64,000 bases of DNA from the human T2T-CHM13v2.0 reference genome, Homo sapiens. Location: the NCBI RefSeq assembly GCF_009914755.1, contig NC_060925.1. One strand, given 5' to 3'. Under the pieces are notes generated by a model. That model made no database searches, was not told the origin of the DNA, and saw nothing but the letters and a program-made list of their open reading frames with translations. Positions 31,455-43,054 of this stretch are shown here, piece by piece. Numbering within the stretch: the stretch's first letter is position 1; each line of letters begins with the position of its first letter. A program made the position numbers and the translations under genes.

Positions 31455-32726
31455 GTAAGTATGAGATTCTATAAAATAGTTGATAAATACAAGACTATTG
31501 GCTTGCTATAAATGACTAGCAGATGCTGATTTCAATGGTAGAACTTCTGGGAGTGTTAACAGAGGTTTTTCTAAGAAAAAAAGACAAACTAACAAACACA
31601 TATTCTTTTGCCTGGCTTTCTATATTTAAAACAAAACTTAGAGTCACTCCTTATATAAATAAATCTTCTAAGTTGGGCAACAGAGGAAATGCTACAGTTT
31701 TAAAGTATATTATTTCATTTTATGTTTTTGTGTATATTTTCATTTTAAATGTTTTTCATTTTATATGTTTAGATAAAAACATATTATAAAATCAGACATA
31801 GCTGAATTATTTGTTTCAAAAATCATGCATTACCAAATTATTAGTTCCATCCTTTGTTAACTGTACTGAAGCCAGGTGTGGATTATTATAAGGTTTATCT
31901 GAAACATTGTTAATCTTGATTTTGTAGAATTTTTTTATTCTTTTATGTTATGCTTAAGCACAACTATGCACAAATTTCTTGAATTTTTTAAAGGACAAGA
32001 AATTTGTGTGCTGTGGTCAACAAAAGCTCACTAAAATATAAATTGCTCCAAATTTTACTAAATTTTATGTAACATGCTATATCATAAAATAAAGAAACAT
32101 ATTTAAATGCAGATATATGTAAACAGACAGAATTGCTTTAAGAAAATTTATTTATTTTCATAATACTTTAAGATTTCATTTAAATAATGGAGGAAACAAA
32201 TCTAATTCTGGCATACTACTAATACAACTCAATCCATTACCAATGCATTTATAATCACTCTGAGAATTAGATTCTATCGGTGAAATGTATTTCTTTCAAA
32301 TAATTATCAGGAGAAAACAGTGGAGGCAAAATCATCGTGGAGACCTAAACTTGTTCTAAACACTCTATGTTTCGATTGTAAAAGTACACACTAGTTTTAC
32401 CAAGAGGGTATTGAAAAACAAAAAAGGAAAGCAAATTAATACACAATATTAAGATAAATATAGATTATTTAAATAAAAAGTAATGGAAAATTACAAATTA
32501 AAACAGTAAAGAAATTTTTATAATAAGCCATGATATTAACACAATTTTAGATAAAGAGTTAATAAATAAAAATGGGAATAACCATAATCCAGCATTTCCG
32601 AGGTGGAAAAAGTATTTACTTAAAACTTAAGAGCATTTACAGTAATCTTTGCCAAATATGCATTCTCCAGGAAGCACACAATAATCTTTTTGTTTTTGTT
32701 TGGTTTTGTTATTATTTTATTTTTAG

Positions 32727-32797
32727 GTCAATGGAATGTTTCCACATATTATACCACCAACATGAGAAAAAAATGATCATTGTTTATTTGAAGCTTG
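32727..32797 (+). other. RGS13: RGS13 non-coding exon 2 (71 nt)
   Basis: Long T-rich tract + ttttag|GTC acceptor; donor TTG|gtgagt at 32798. Confidence 0.8.
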
Positions 32798-33300
32798 GTG
32801 AGTTTATCCACAATTTAAATCAGTTCTACGTCATGCCAATTTAGATCACTGTTTCACTGGGAATTCTCTTTTTGCCAAAGTAGATTTGTAGTTCTATAAA
32901 ATATTTAAAGTTATTTTTTATTTTTATCCATATTGACTACTTGAACTCTAATTTTAAGGGTACAACTAAAGATGCCCTTGGTTGGATTTAACTAACAAAA
33001 TAAATTTATCAATAGGATGTTTTAATCAAATCCTTATCCTAAAGAACTTTACTTTTGTAAAAAATTAGAACATTCCCTTTATGGAATTACCAAGGATATT
33101 TCTTAGAAGTTCTCAATTGTAAATGTGAGAGGATTTCATTCTGCCACTCTATATTGGTGCTATTAAACTGTCGATTGAGATGTATTATTTAATGATAAAT
33201 ATTGTTGAATGTAGGATTGTAGATACTTCTTTTTAAACCAATGGTTATTTTGCAAATTCTTTGTCCTCAGACTGTGAATTATATTTTCTTATTTTATCAG

Positions 33301-33340
33301 ATGATATTCTAACGCTGCCTTTTCTCTTCTCATTTTAGAG
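33301..33340 (+). other. RGS13: RGS13 non-coding exon 3 (40 nt, probably a cassette exon)
   Basis: Acceptor ttttcttattttatcag|ATG; donor GAG|gtatga at 33341. Recalled as present in one RGS13 transcript variant and skipped in another. Confidence 0.7.
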
Positions 33341-36158
33341 GTATGAGAATTTTAATTTCTACTTCTGAGCATCTGCCTTCCATCTTCCAAAATTACTTTG
33401 GAATATTTTGTCATTATTTTTCCCCTTGGTTAATCTCCTTTTTCCTTCAGTTTAAGCCGTACATGTTCCTTTACTATAATATTATTAGTGTTTGGGTTGG
33501 AAGAGATAATAAACTCAGGTGGTCAATCTGACCTTTTGTACCTGAAGCTGGGTTAAGTATTTTTTAATTTATCTCTTTGTTTCAATGTAGAGAGTGTTAT
33601 AAGGATGGGGGTGGGGGGTTCTGTGATATTCCAACAAAATAGTGGTACATGGTACGTGTGAATCCAGTAGTAATCAATAGAGAGAAACACAAACATGTGG
33701 ATGGACTTTCAGTCCCAGAAATCTTAGAATACAGGCGGGAAGGCACCAGGCTCCAGGCACAGGAGCAGAACTCTAGTCACTGGAACAGCGTCCAGTCTCC
33801 AGTTCCATTTCCTAAAGGACAGGAATACCAGAGAACTTCTTATAGTCTATTTATTCTATGCATAACAACTCTTAGGGTCTATTTATTCTATGCATAACAC
33901 ATGTCATACACAATTCTGTCACTAAATATTTTCTGCAATTTAATCATTGATGCTTTTATGACATTATATTCTATTTGTATTCCATAATTTAATAAATCTG
34001 TAAATGTTTGACTTAGAATGCTAACCAACATATAAACAACTACTTATATGTAATCATCAAATAACATTCGAATGTAACAATTTAGGAAACTTAAAGTCTA
34101 GTAGGAGTAGATAAATCAGAAATATAAATAACATTATATCTATATATATTGCTTCTTTTTCAATGTCACCTAACTAATAAGTTGCTTGGACCAAAGAACC
34201 CTCACTGAATCAGTCATGTAGCTGAGCACAGGGCTACTATTAGTGTACACAGAGTCTTTGCTGGAATTATTAAAAAGTAGCCTTTTCACCACATGGATGA
34301 AGCCCCACTTGGCTTCACACCTGGCAAGGGGAGTGTGGTTGGATCTCAGCCTTGTCTCTCCTTTTGGACCAGGCATCTCCATAGAGAGAACAACCTGAAT
34401 AATTGCATTTAAAGGGAAGCTGTGGCTGGGCTGTCCTCTTGTCCCTTTTTTCTGTAACACTCAACCATGCCTGAGCTCTTCTGGCAGCCCCAACCCATCA
34501 GTGTGATACACACACCCAGATGTCTGTAAATCTCTGTTGTAGACCCAACTAATTCTAAAGCTGGGACTCAGTGATTAATATAATGTGTGAACAATCGAAA
34601 TATAGAAACATGGGAACAACAAAAATGAAGAGAAGGAGGATTTGCAGATTATATGTTGACATGTTGAAGAATGAATAAAGTTAATGGGGAAAACTTGTGA
34701 GATCTGAGATGAAATTTAAAAAGAGGAAGAAATGCGGTCTAACAGAATATATGTTTCCTGGTACATACAAAAGAACTTAGGAACTATTTCATTTTTCTAA
34801 TCTTTACAGTTCCATTTTAGAGAAAAGGAAAAGGAAATGAGAATCTGAGGTTTAATTAATATGCGCAAGGTCACACAGCTAATAAGAGCCTGACCTCGAG
34901 CATATGTCTGTCTGGCTTCAGGCCCCAGAACTATTTGAATATACTCTGTCAACTTGCAGGAGCTGTGGGAAGCCCCTAAATTCTAGTGCATCCAGAAATT
35001 ACTTTACCTTCACTATACTTCAGACCTTAGTGAGTGTTGCATACTAAGACCATTCTGCTTTTGCCAATTTCATTAAATTTATAAAAGAAAATATGATAAC
35101 CCATTAATAGACACACATTTGAGTTACAGAAATCACCACAATAAAAGGTCTGAAAATGTGTACACATAGCTCCAATAGATCAAGTGAGAAGACAGTGGGA
35201 CAGAAAAACTATTGCTAAAAATAGAGGGTAGGGGAGAAGTCAAGTCTCAGTACAAGATAGGGATGACTAATAATACTCACAGAGAAGACATGTGAAGGAA
35301 GTAAATTTTTTCCTATCCTCCTACTTAGAAGATAAGCTGCGAGTCATTGTGTAACTACATTTTATAGGTGATCACAGAGATGAGGAATCTTGAAACTCGA
35401 ACTAAGTAGCTTGAAATTTGAACTAATGCAGTTCAAGGTCCAATTACACACAGGACCAGCTATTGACAGTCAATGTAACAGTTTTTTAGTCTCAATTAAT
35501 TTCAGTGTTCATTTTCAGTCAGATTTTTCTTTCTAGAAAAAGGTTTTTATTTTCATCACACTGCTGTTTAAAGACCTCAGTGGATTACTTCTACTAACAA
35601 AATAAAGTCTAACATCTTCAGTCTGGTATTTAAGGTCATCTAGAACCTAACTATGCACACAAACATATCCCTTTAATAAACTCTCCCTTTTGCTTAAGTA
35701 TTGTGAATCTCTATTTGCAATCGGAAGAGTCCTAATAAGTGAATTAATCTATTCCCCTTCCATTTTCTTCCTTCCTATAGATATAAATAACTTTATTGCT
35801 TCTTGGTCTTATCTCCAAACCTGCAAATGAACTTGAATCTATACCTATATTTTCACTAGTTACAAGAGAATAGTAACTATTTCCTGTATTTTCACTTCTC
35901 CAATATCTTAACTCCTACATTCTGAATTCTAGCCCCTCCTTCTTCTTCAGGAACCTGAAATTCTATTGGTTTTCCTTCTTTCTTCTGTGTTTTCAAACTC
36001 TGTCTATGTACCTTTTGCCAACTTTAGAGTATGTCACTCACATTGTAACTTGACTTTATTGTAACGATGCCTCCTAGAGAGACATGCAGGCCAGAATCAT
36101 CAAATGACAAGAATCTGTCTCTCTGTCATTATTACGTCTTTCTATCAACAGCTTTCAA

Positions 36159-36322
36159 GGAAGAAAGAGAAAAAGAGAGAGAAAGAGAGAAAGAAGGAAA
36201 GATGGAAGGAAGGAAAGAAAGAAAGAGGAAAGAAAGAGAGAGAAAGAAAGAAAAGAAAGAAAAAAAAGAAAAAAGGAAAGAAAGAAAGAAAGAGAGAAAG
36301 AAAGAAAGAAAGAAAGAAAGAA

Positions 36323-36374
<52 letters not shown>

Positions 36375-36490
36375 AAAGAAAGAAAGGAGGGAGGGAGGAA
36401 GGAAGGAGAGAAAGAAAGAGAGAGAGAGGGGAAAAGGGAGGGAGGAAGGGAAAGAGGAAAGCAGGGAGGAAGGAGGAGAGGGAAGGAGGG
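36159..36490 (+). repeat. (GAAA)n/(GGGA)n purine-rich microsatellite in RGS13 intron 3
   Basis: Directly visible; source of the spurious ORFs at 36067-36657. Confidence 0.97.
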
Positions 36491-37389
36491 CAAACAGAAA
36501 TTACAAGCAGGCTTTCATTTGTCCTGGGCCTCATTTTCTCTTGCTTTCCTCCTTGTTTCTGTCCTCCCTGCTCCACTGAAACCACTCTCAGCAATGTCAT
36601 TAATGAGCATCTTGTGAACACATCTGACATTTTTTGATCCTTTGCTCTCTTAATCACTTCCCAGCTTTTAACACTCCATTGGCCACTCTTTCCTTTTTGA
36701 TAAACTCATTCCTTGGTTTCTGTGATACTGTGTTATTCTGATGCAAGCTCCTTTTACACAGCCTTTCTCTTAAATATTTGTGTTCAGAAACTCATATTGG
36801 GCTGTCTGCTTTTTACAGTTCACACCGTCTTCCTGGACGATCTCGTCATTTTTTTTGTTAGAGGGGGCTCCTCTTATGTGTTTTATGAAAATAGCCCACC
36901 TTTATCCTGAAGCCAAATCTCTCACCTCAACTTGTTCTCTTCTGTCTCACCTTACATATCCAATGGGTCAACAAGTTCTAATAGTTCTTCCTCCAAAACG
37001 TCTACAATCTCTCTCCTTCCCTCCATCTCCACTGCCACCTTCCTAATCATCCCTCACCTGAACTCCTGCAGTCACACCCTAACTGGGCTCCCTGATGACA
37101 CTCTGGCCACACTGCCATTCATTCTACTCACAAACCCATTTCAAATCTTAACATGTCTATTCTGAATTTTAAATCCTGCAATGATTTCCCAGCTTCTTAC
37201 TGTGAAATCCATGGCCTGTGTGGCTCAACGTGCTCGGCCTCTGCCTAGCATTACAAATTCTCCCACCACTTTCTTGCTGCAGTAAACATTTTTAAACATG
37301 ATTATTGGTTCAATCTTAACTCTCTAAGCCTCTCAGCTCACTGTCTCATTCTGTCTGCCACACTCTAAATTCATGTGGAACATAATTCC

Positions 37390-37693
37390 TTTTTTTTTTT
37401 TTTTTTGAGATAAGGTCTTTCTTTGTCACCCAGACTGGAGTGCAATGGTGTGATCACGGCACACTGCAGCCTCAACCCCCTGGGCTCAAGTGATCCTCCC
37501 ACCTCAGCCTCCTGAGTATCTGGGACTACAAGTGCACACCACTATGCCCAGCTAATTTTTTTTTTCTTTTTGTTGGAGAGACAGGGTCTCTCTATGCTGC
37601 CCAGGTTGGTCTCAAACTCCTGGGCTCAAGAGAGCCTCCTGCCTCAGTCTTGCAAAGTGTTGGGATTATAGGCCTGAGCCACAGTGCTGAGCC
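37390..37693 (-). mobile_element. AluJ-type element
   Basis: Poly-T, dimeric antisense Alu, J-type cctgggctcaag; aattccttt repeated at both flanks. Confidence 0.92.
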
Positions 37694-37919
37694 TAAATTC
37701 CTTTTATTTCCTCAATGGGACATAACTCATTGCCTCTTAATCTTTGCTCAAGTTGCCCCTCCTTCACTCAGCACACTCGTGGATATCCTGCTGGTTCCAG
37801 CTCAGATGTTACTTAACTGGGCTGCCTTCACTAACCCCTCAAGTCTAGTTAGGTTCTCCTCCTAGGTGTATTCACAACCCCTGTACTTCCTGTATCCAAG
37901 TCCCCATCACATTTCGGGA

Positions 37920-38229
37920 TTTTTTGTTTTTGTTTTTTGTTTTTGAGATAGGGTCTCACTCTGTTGCCCCAGCTACAGCACAGTGGTGCAATTACAGCTT
38001 GCTACAGCCTCCATCTCCTGGGCTCAAGTGATTGTCCCACTACAGCATCCCAAGTAGTTGGGACTACAGGCATGAGTCAACATGACCAGCTAATTTTTTT
38101 TATTTTTTGTAGAGACAGAATCTTACCGTGTTGCCCAGGCTAGTCTAGAACTCCTGGGCTCAAGCAATCCTCCCCGCTTCAGCCTCCCAAATTGCTGAGA
38201 TTACAGGTATCAGCCACTGTGCCCAGCCC
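37920..38229 (-). mobile_element. AluJ-type element
   Basis: (TTTTTG)n tail, dimeric antisense Alu; catcacat at both flanks. Confidence 0.92.
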
Positions 38230-38734
38230 ATCACATGTATTTTAATTGCTTGTCAGTGAGGACAGAAGAGGACAGACAAGATGTATATTGATCACAGGCA
38301 GCCAGAACTTGGCACATAACAAGTATTCAACAGACTTTTGAATGAATCGTAAAGACTGATATAAAAATTCACTGTTTATCCTTAATAATTCATTATATAT
38401 GTATGTATATATGTTTAACAAACCATTTCCAGCTTTAAAATGTGGATTTAATGACTCTTAACAAATTTGTTAGTTGTTTTTTTAAAGTCCTGAGTTAAAA
38501 ACCTTCTATGATATGTATTGTTATGTAAAGGTGCCTGAGATGAATAAACTCTAACTGAATTTTAAAGTCAAAGTTACTGTGCCCAGAGTAGATAAAACCA
38601 GATAAGCAGCACCCTTAAAATTCACTCAGAAGGTGCTTTATTTTTTATTTGGCTATTTACACTATTTTACTTGTCCAGTTAAAATAAGGCTCTTTTTTAA
38701 TACATTGAGAGAGCTTTCTAAACACAAGAATTGT

Positions 38735-39040
38735 GGCTGGGCACAGTGGCTCATGCCTACAGTCCCAGCAGTTCGGAAAGCTGAGGTTGGCAGGTTGTTT
38801 GGGCCCAGGAGTTTGAGACCAACCTGGGCAATGTGGTGAAACCCCTTCTCTACCAAAAATACACAAAAATTAGCCAGTCATGGTGGCGCATGCCTGTAGT
38901 CCCAGCTACTCCAGAGGTTGAGGTGGGAGGGTCACCTAAGACTGGGGATGTCAAGGCTGCAGTGAGCCATGATCATGCCACTGCACTCCAGGCTGGGTGA
39001 CAGGGTGAGACCCTGTCTCAAAAAAATAAAAATAAAAATA
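38735..39040 (+). mobile_element. AluJ-type element
   Basis: Dimeric sense Alu with (AAAAAT)n tail; TSD aagaattgt. Confidence 0.92.
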
Positions 39041-39401
39041 AGAATTGTCCCAAAAGGGAAGCCTTGGGAGTTGGTAAATTCGTTATCGGTAAGTTCTAAA
39101 TGAAAAGATCTTTTTCAGAGATTTGGTATTTTTTGAACCTCATTGTTTAATAAATAGGCCAGTTGAGTAAAGTCATTTACAAATCTAAGCACGTATATTT
39201 TTATAAAATATTTATGAGAGATGAGTCATTTTATTCTCCTCTCTCCTCCCAACTCCCCCAGTGACTGTATTCCATTAACTTCAAGAGCCCATCTTTTTTT
39301 TTATGATTTATAATATTGTATGTTCCTTAGAAACTGACTGTAACATACAATTATTTTAAATGATTAAATTATACAAATATATACTGTATTTCCTTAGAAA
39401 A

Positions 39402-39466
39402 ATGAGCAGGCGGAATTGTTGGATTTGTAAGATGTGCAGAGATGAATCTAAGAGGCCCCCTTCAAA
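39402..39466 (+). CDS. RGS13: RGS13 first coding exon (MSRRNCWICKMCRDESKRPPS + 2 nt)
   Basis: Acceptor tttccttag|AAAA-ATG (exon starts 39398, ATG 39402); donor AA|gtaagt at 39467. Translation matches the RGS13 N-terminus as I recall it; 65 coding nt, phase 2. Confidence 0.96.
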
Positions 39467-40439
39467 GTAAGTAGCATTTAAGTTTCTATGGTAATTGTAA
39501 AGCATATTTATCAGATGATAAATAGGTACATATTTATTAAACTGCTATTGTAACATATTTTGTTCAGAAAGTAAAATTTGCATTTACACGTGAGTCATTT
39601 CATCAGAAGAGCAGTCATATGTTACTAAGATTCTTGTTTTCATTATTCATGGTTTACACTTGAGAATTCAGCAAGTTAAATGCTTTAGAATCTATTATGA
39701 ATAGTCTCTGTTCTTTTTAAAAAACAAAGAATATTGTTTGTGTTAAAATGAGATTCTTCAATCCAAAATATTTTCTTGGTTCCAACCCTCCACATACGAA
39801 GTGCCAGAAAGCTTCATCCCTAGATAAAGAAGGTGAGACTGGAGGAGGAATCAAATGTTAACCAAGCTCCCAAGTCTCTTCCTCCACACTTTTCTATAAC
39901 TCAAAATGTTGCCATTTGGATGAGAACAGTGAAAAGAATAATGCCTGAGAAAAGTAACAGACCATTGCATTGGATTTCCTCACCTGAAAGAATTCCCAAA
40001 AGTTGAGAACCCCTGTTAGATTAACCATGAGTGCCTAACATAGTCCATGTCCAGCCCTCAGTTCTGGCCACACCTTTTTGTATGGTCAGAGCCCCTGGCA
40101 TGAATGCTCTTTCACTAAAATACCAAAATGTCCAAAAAGGCTTACAAGCTACTGTGTGGCAAGGAGAAGGATGCTGCAATGGTGGTCAGAGGAGATAGTA
40201 AGACCCAAAGCTCAGCATTTTAAATGACAGTGAATGCTACTGCACTGCACAGGTGCATCCAAGGACAAAGGTATAATCTGCTAATTAAGGGACAGCTCTC
40301 CTTTCTTCGAATGATTCCCATAGAGGATCACTGTCAGAGCTCGCCTTTCTTCTATCTGCCTTATAGACTCACCATGAGAAAAGGGGAAGACCAGAAAAAT
40401 TAAAAATCACATTCATGGAAAGCTGCCAGATAACAGTTA

Positions 40440-40630
40440 TTTAATAGGTACTTGGCATTCATGACCTAATTTAATTTTCATTATAACATTGTGCGATAGA
40501 CGTTATTATCCCTATTATATAGACAATAAAATTGGGGTTTGAAGATTTTAAGTAAGACCAAGGACAATTAAGTACAGCACTGGGATTAGAACCTAGGACT
40601 GTCAGAGACTCCAAACATTCTTCATTCTTT
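40440..40630 (-). mobile_element. MIR SINE
   Basis: ttattatccctattatatagacaataaaattgggg...ccaagg...ctgggattagaacctagg. Confidence 0.6.
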
Positions 40631-41550
40631 TGTCTGCAACATCATGGTATCTTAAAATGCTTTCATATCCGTTTGGTATCCACTGCCCATCCGCCCAGAA
40701 GAATGGAGGGGACACAAGGGAGAACTTGTATCAGGAAAAAAGGTATTTCAAATAATCCTAATAAAGGCACCTGGATAGCCATGGGCCAGCATTAAACTTG
40801 TGAGAACCTCCAAAAAAAATTATAAGCAAAAATGGGGTTCAATTAAAAACAAATTGTATTTCCCATTTTTACCCCCAACCGTAATTACTCCAATCATCTC
40901 TCCCCATAAATCTCATGAGTCTTAGAGACAAAAGAACTCTCTTACCAACAATCATCGACACTTAATTTTAAGCTAACCCAACACATTGATGACTCTTCAC
41001 TCGTGTTGTAGATTTTATTCTTCCCTATATAATGGGAATGATTAGAACGGACAGGCATTCAATAAACCTTGCCTAGCTCTTTCCATTTCACCAGATTGAA
41101 AAGGTTATTTTAGGTTACTTTTTCTAAAGTTTTAACAAGAGAAAAGAACAATGACTCAGATACTATTTCATGGAAATGTTTTTTGAAAGCAATCTTAACA
41201 CAGTACACTGTTAAGCCTCAGTACTGATGCAAGCAGTCCATCCAAAACTGGCAGGATCCGTCTGAATTTTTAGAAAACAAAAGATATCTGACCTTTTAAG
41301 GACTCCCAATATTTTTCCATGTTCTCGGATATTTTTTAATCTCTTTAACTAATCCTCCTTCATTGTGTTAAGAACCTGCTAATGCTGATGGCTGTTCCTG
41401 CAGCACTAATTTTTAGGCTGCTAATTTTAGGTATAGCCAATGGACAGTGCTTGCGTGTCTATAGCCATCTTCAATTATCTAGTTGTTGAAAGCAGAACAA
41501 TTAAGAATGCACCATAAACTGAATGGCAATAAACACATTGCCTATTTCTG

Positions 41551-41937
41551 TTTTATTTCCAACCTTTATTCTAAGTTCATGGGTACATGCGCAGGATGTG
41601 CAGGTTTGTTACATAGGTAAATGTCTGCCATGATGGTTTGCTGCACAGATCATCCTATCACCTAGGTAGTAAGCCCAGCATCCAATAGCTATTATTCCTG
41701 ATGCTCTCCCTCCTCCCACGCCCCCACCCTACAACAGGCCCCAGTGTGTGTTGTTCTCCCCAATGTGTCCATATGTTCTCATCATTCAGTTCCCACTTAT
41801 AAGTGAGAACAGGCAGTATTTGATTTTCTGTTCCTGCATTAGTTTGCTGAGGATATGGGCTTCCAGCTCCATTCATGTCCCTGCAAAGGACATGATATTG
41901 TTTCTTTTTATGGCTGCATAGTATTCCATGGTGTATA
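41551..41937 (-). mobile_element. Older L1PA 3' end (L1PA11-13-like)
   Basis: gggtacatgcgcaggatgtgcaggtttgttacataggtaaa...gcacagatcatcc...cccacttataagtgagaac. Confidence 0.88.
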
Positions 41938-42992
41938 AAGTTACTTGTATTTGAGAATACAGTCATTTGCCAATTCACCTCATGAAGCTCACCAAAATGA
42001 ACAGAGTTCTGGAATCTTTCACAACTATTTTCTAAATGGTAAATGGCTTTGTTTATACCGTTTAGGTAAAATGTAACTTGACATAATACACCTTAATAAA
42101 AATTAAAACTGATACAAAAAAATTCTAGCAAGTAGGAGACTGAGAAAATACTAGCTTTAGGGTTACTAACTGTATTACATGAGTGCATGCAAATAGGTTT
42201 TGTGGATTAACTCTAAGATTCTAATAGATAAATAGGTAAACACTTGGCTGGTGGCAGCGGCAAACAGTGCATAACCCTTTTAAAAGCAATTTGGCAGTCT
42301 GTACCAAAAACCTTAAAAATCTGCCTCTTTTAACCAACTTTGATTCTACTGCTAGTGCCCTGGAATTACTCTAATCATGTGGCCATGGCAAGCCTTAAAC
42401 ACAGCTGGGCTACATTTGAGTTTTTATGGTGAAAAATGAGAGAAAATCAATATGCTGTTTGACAATAATTATGTAAACTATGGAATGCCCCCCTTGTAGC
42501 ATATTTCACCATCACCATAAACAATATGACTATCAATGATTATACATTTGTAATTATAAATTATAACACTACAAATGATTAATACAATTATGATGACATA
42601 AAATGCATAAAGTATAAACACACATAGTGTGATTACTTCTTGATTAAAAACACACAAATACAAACATAACAAAAAGACTTTAAAAAACTACATCAAAATA
42701 CTAATAGTGGTAATTTATTAATAGGGAGATTATAGGACTATGGTTCTGAATAATATTTATTAAATTATATTTTCAAGTCTACACTATTTGCACAATTTTT
42801 ATAATTTAAAAAATTTAAATAGTAAAAATAAAATGTAAAATATCACAGGAAAATAACTTTCCAACCAAAGCCACACACAAATGGAATGTAAATATATTTT
42901 GGTGTCATTTTCAAGATAATATAATTTTACTTAGTTCAACAAAAACCTTGAGAATATTTAGCCCAATCAGTGCTTTTTGTTTCTTTTCAAAG

Positions 42993-43054
42993 CCTTACTT
43001 TGGAGGAAGTATTACAGTGGGCCCAGTCTTTTGAAAATTTAATGGCTACAAAAT
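42993..43054 (+). CDS. RGS13: RGS13 second coding exon ((N)LTLEEVLQWAQSFENLMATK(Y)), start of RGS domain
   Basis: Acceptor tttttgtttcttttcaaag|C; donor T|gtgagt; 62 nt. Phase joins exactly with both neighbours. EEVxQWxxSFxxL is the RGS helix-1/2 motif. Confidence 0.96.

Larger units (their letters stand above)
36570..38350 (+). mobile_element. Degraded L2, interrupted by two Alus
   Basis: ccactgaaaccactctcagcaatgtca..., ctccatctccactgccacc..., ending ggcacataacaagtattcaacagacttttgaatgaat. Confidence 0.6.

Noticed and set aside
31469-31479. MEF2-like CTATAAAATAG in intron 1
   Set aside because: One base too long for the YTA(W)4TAR consensus.
36067-36657. Four overlapping 112-177 aa ORFs
   Set aside because: (GAAA)n low-complexity artefacts.
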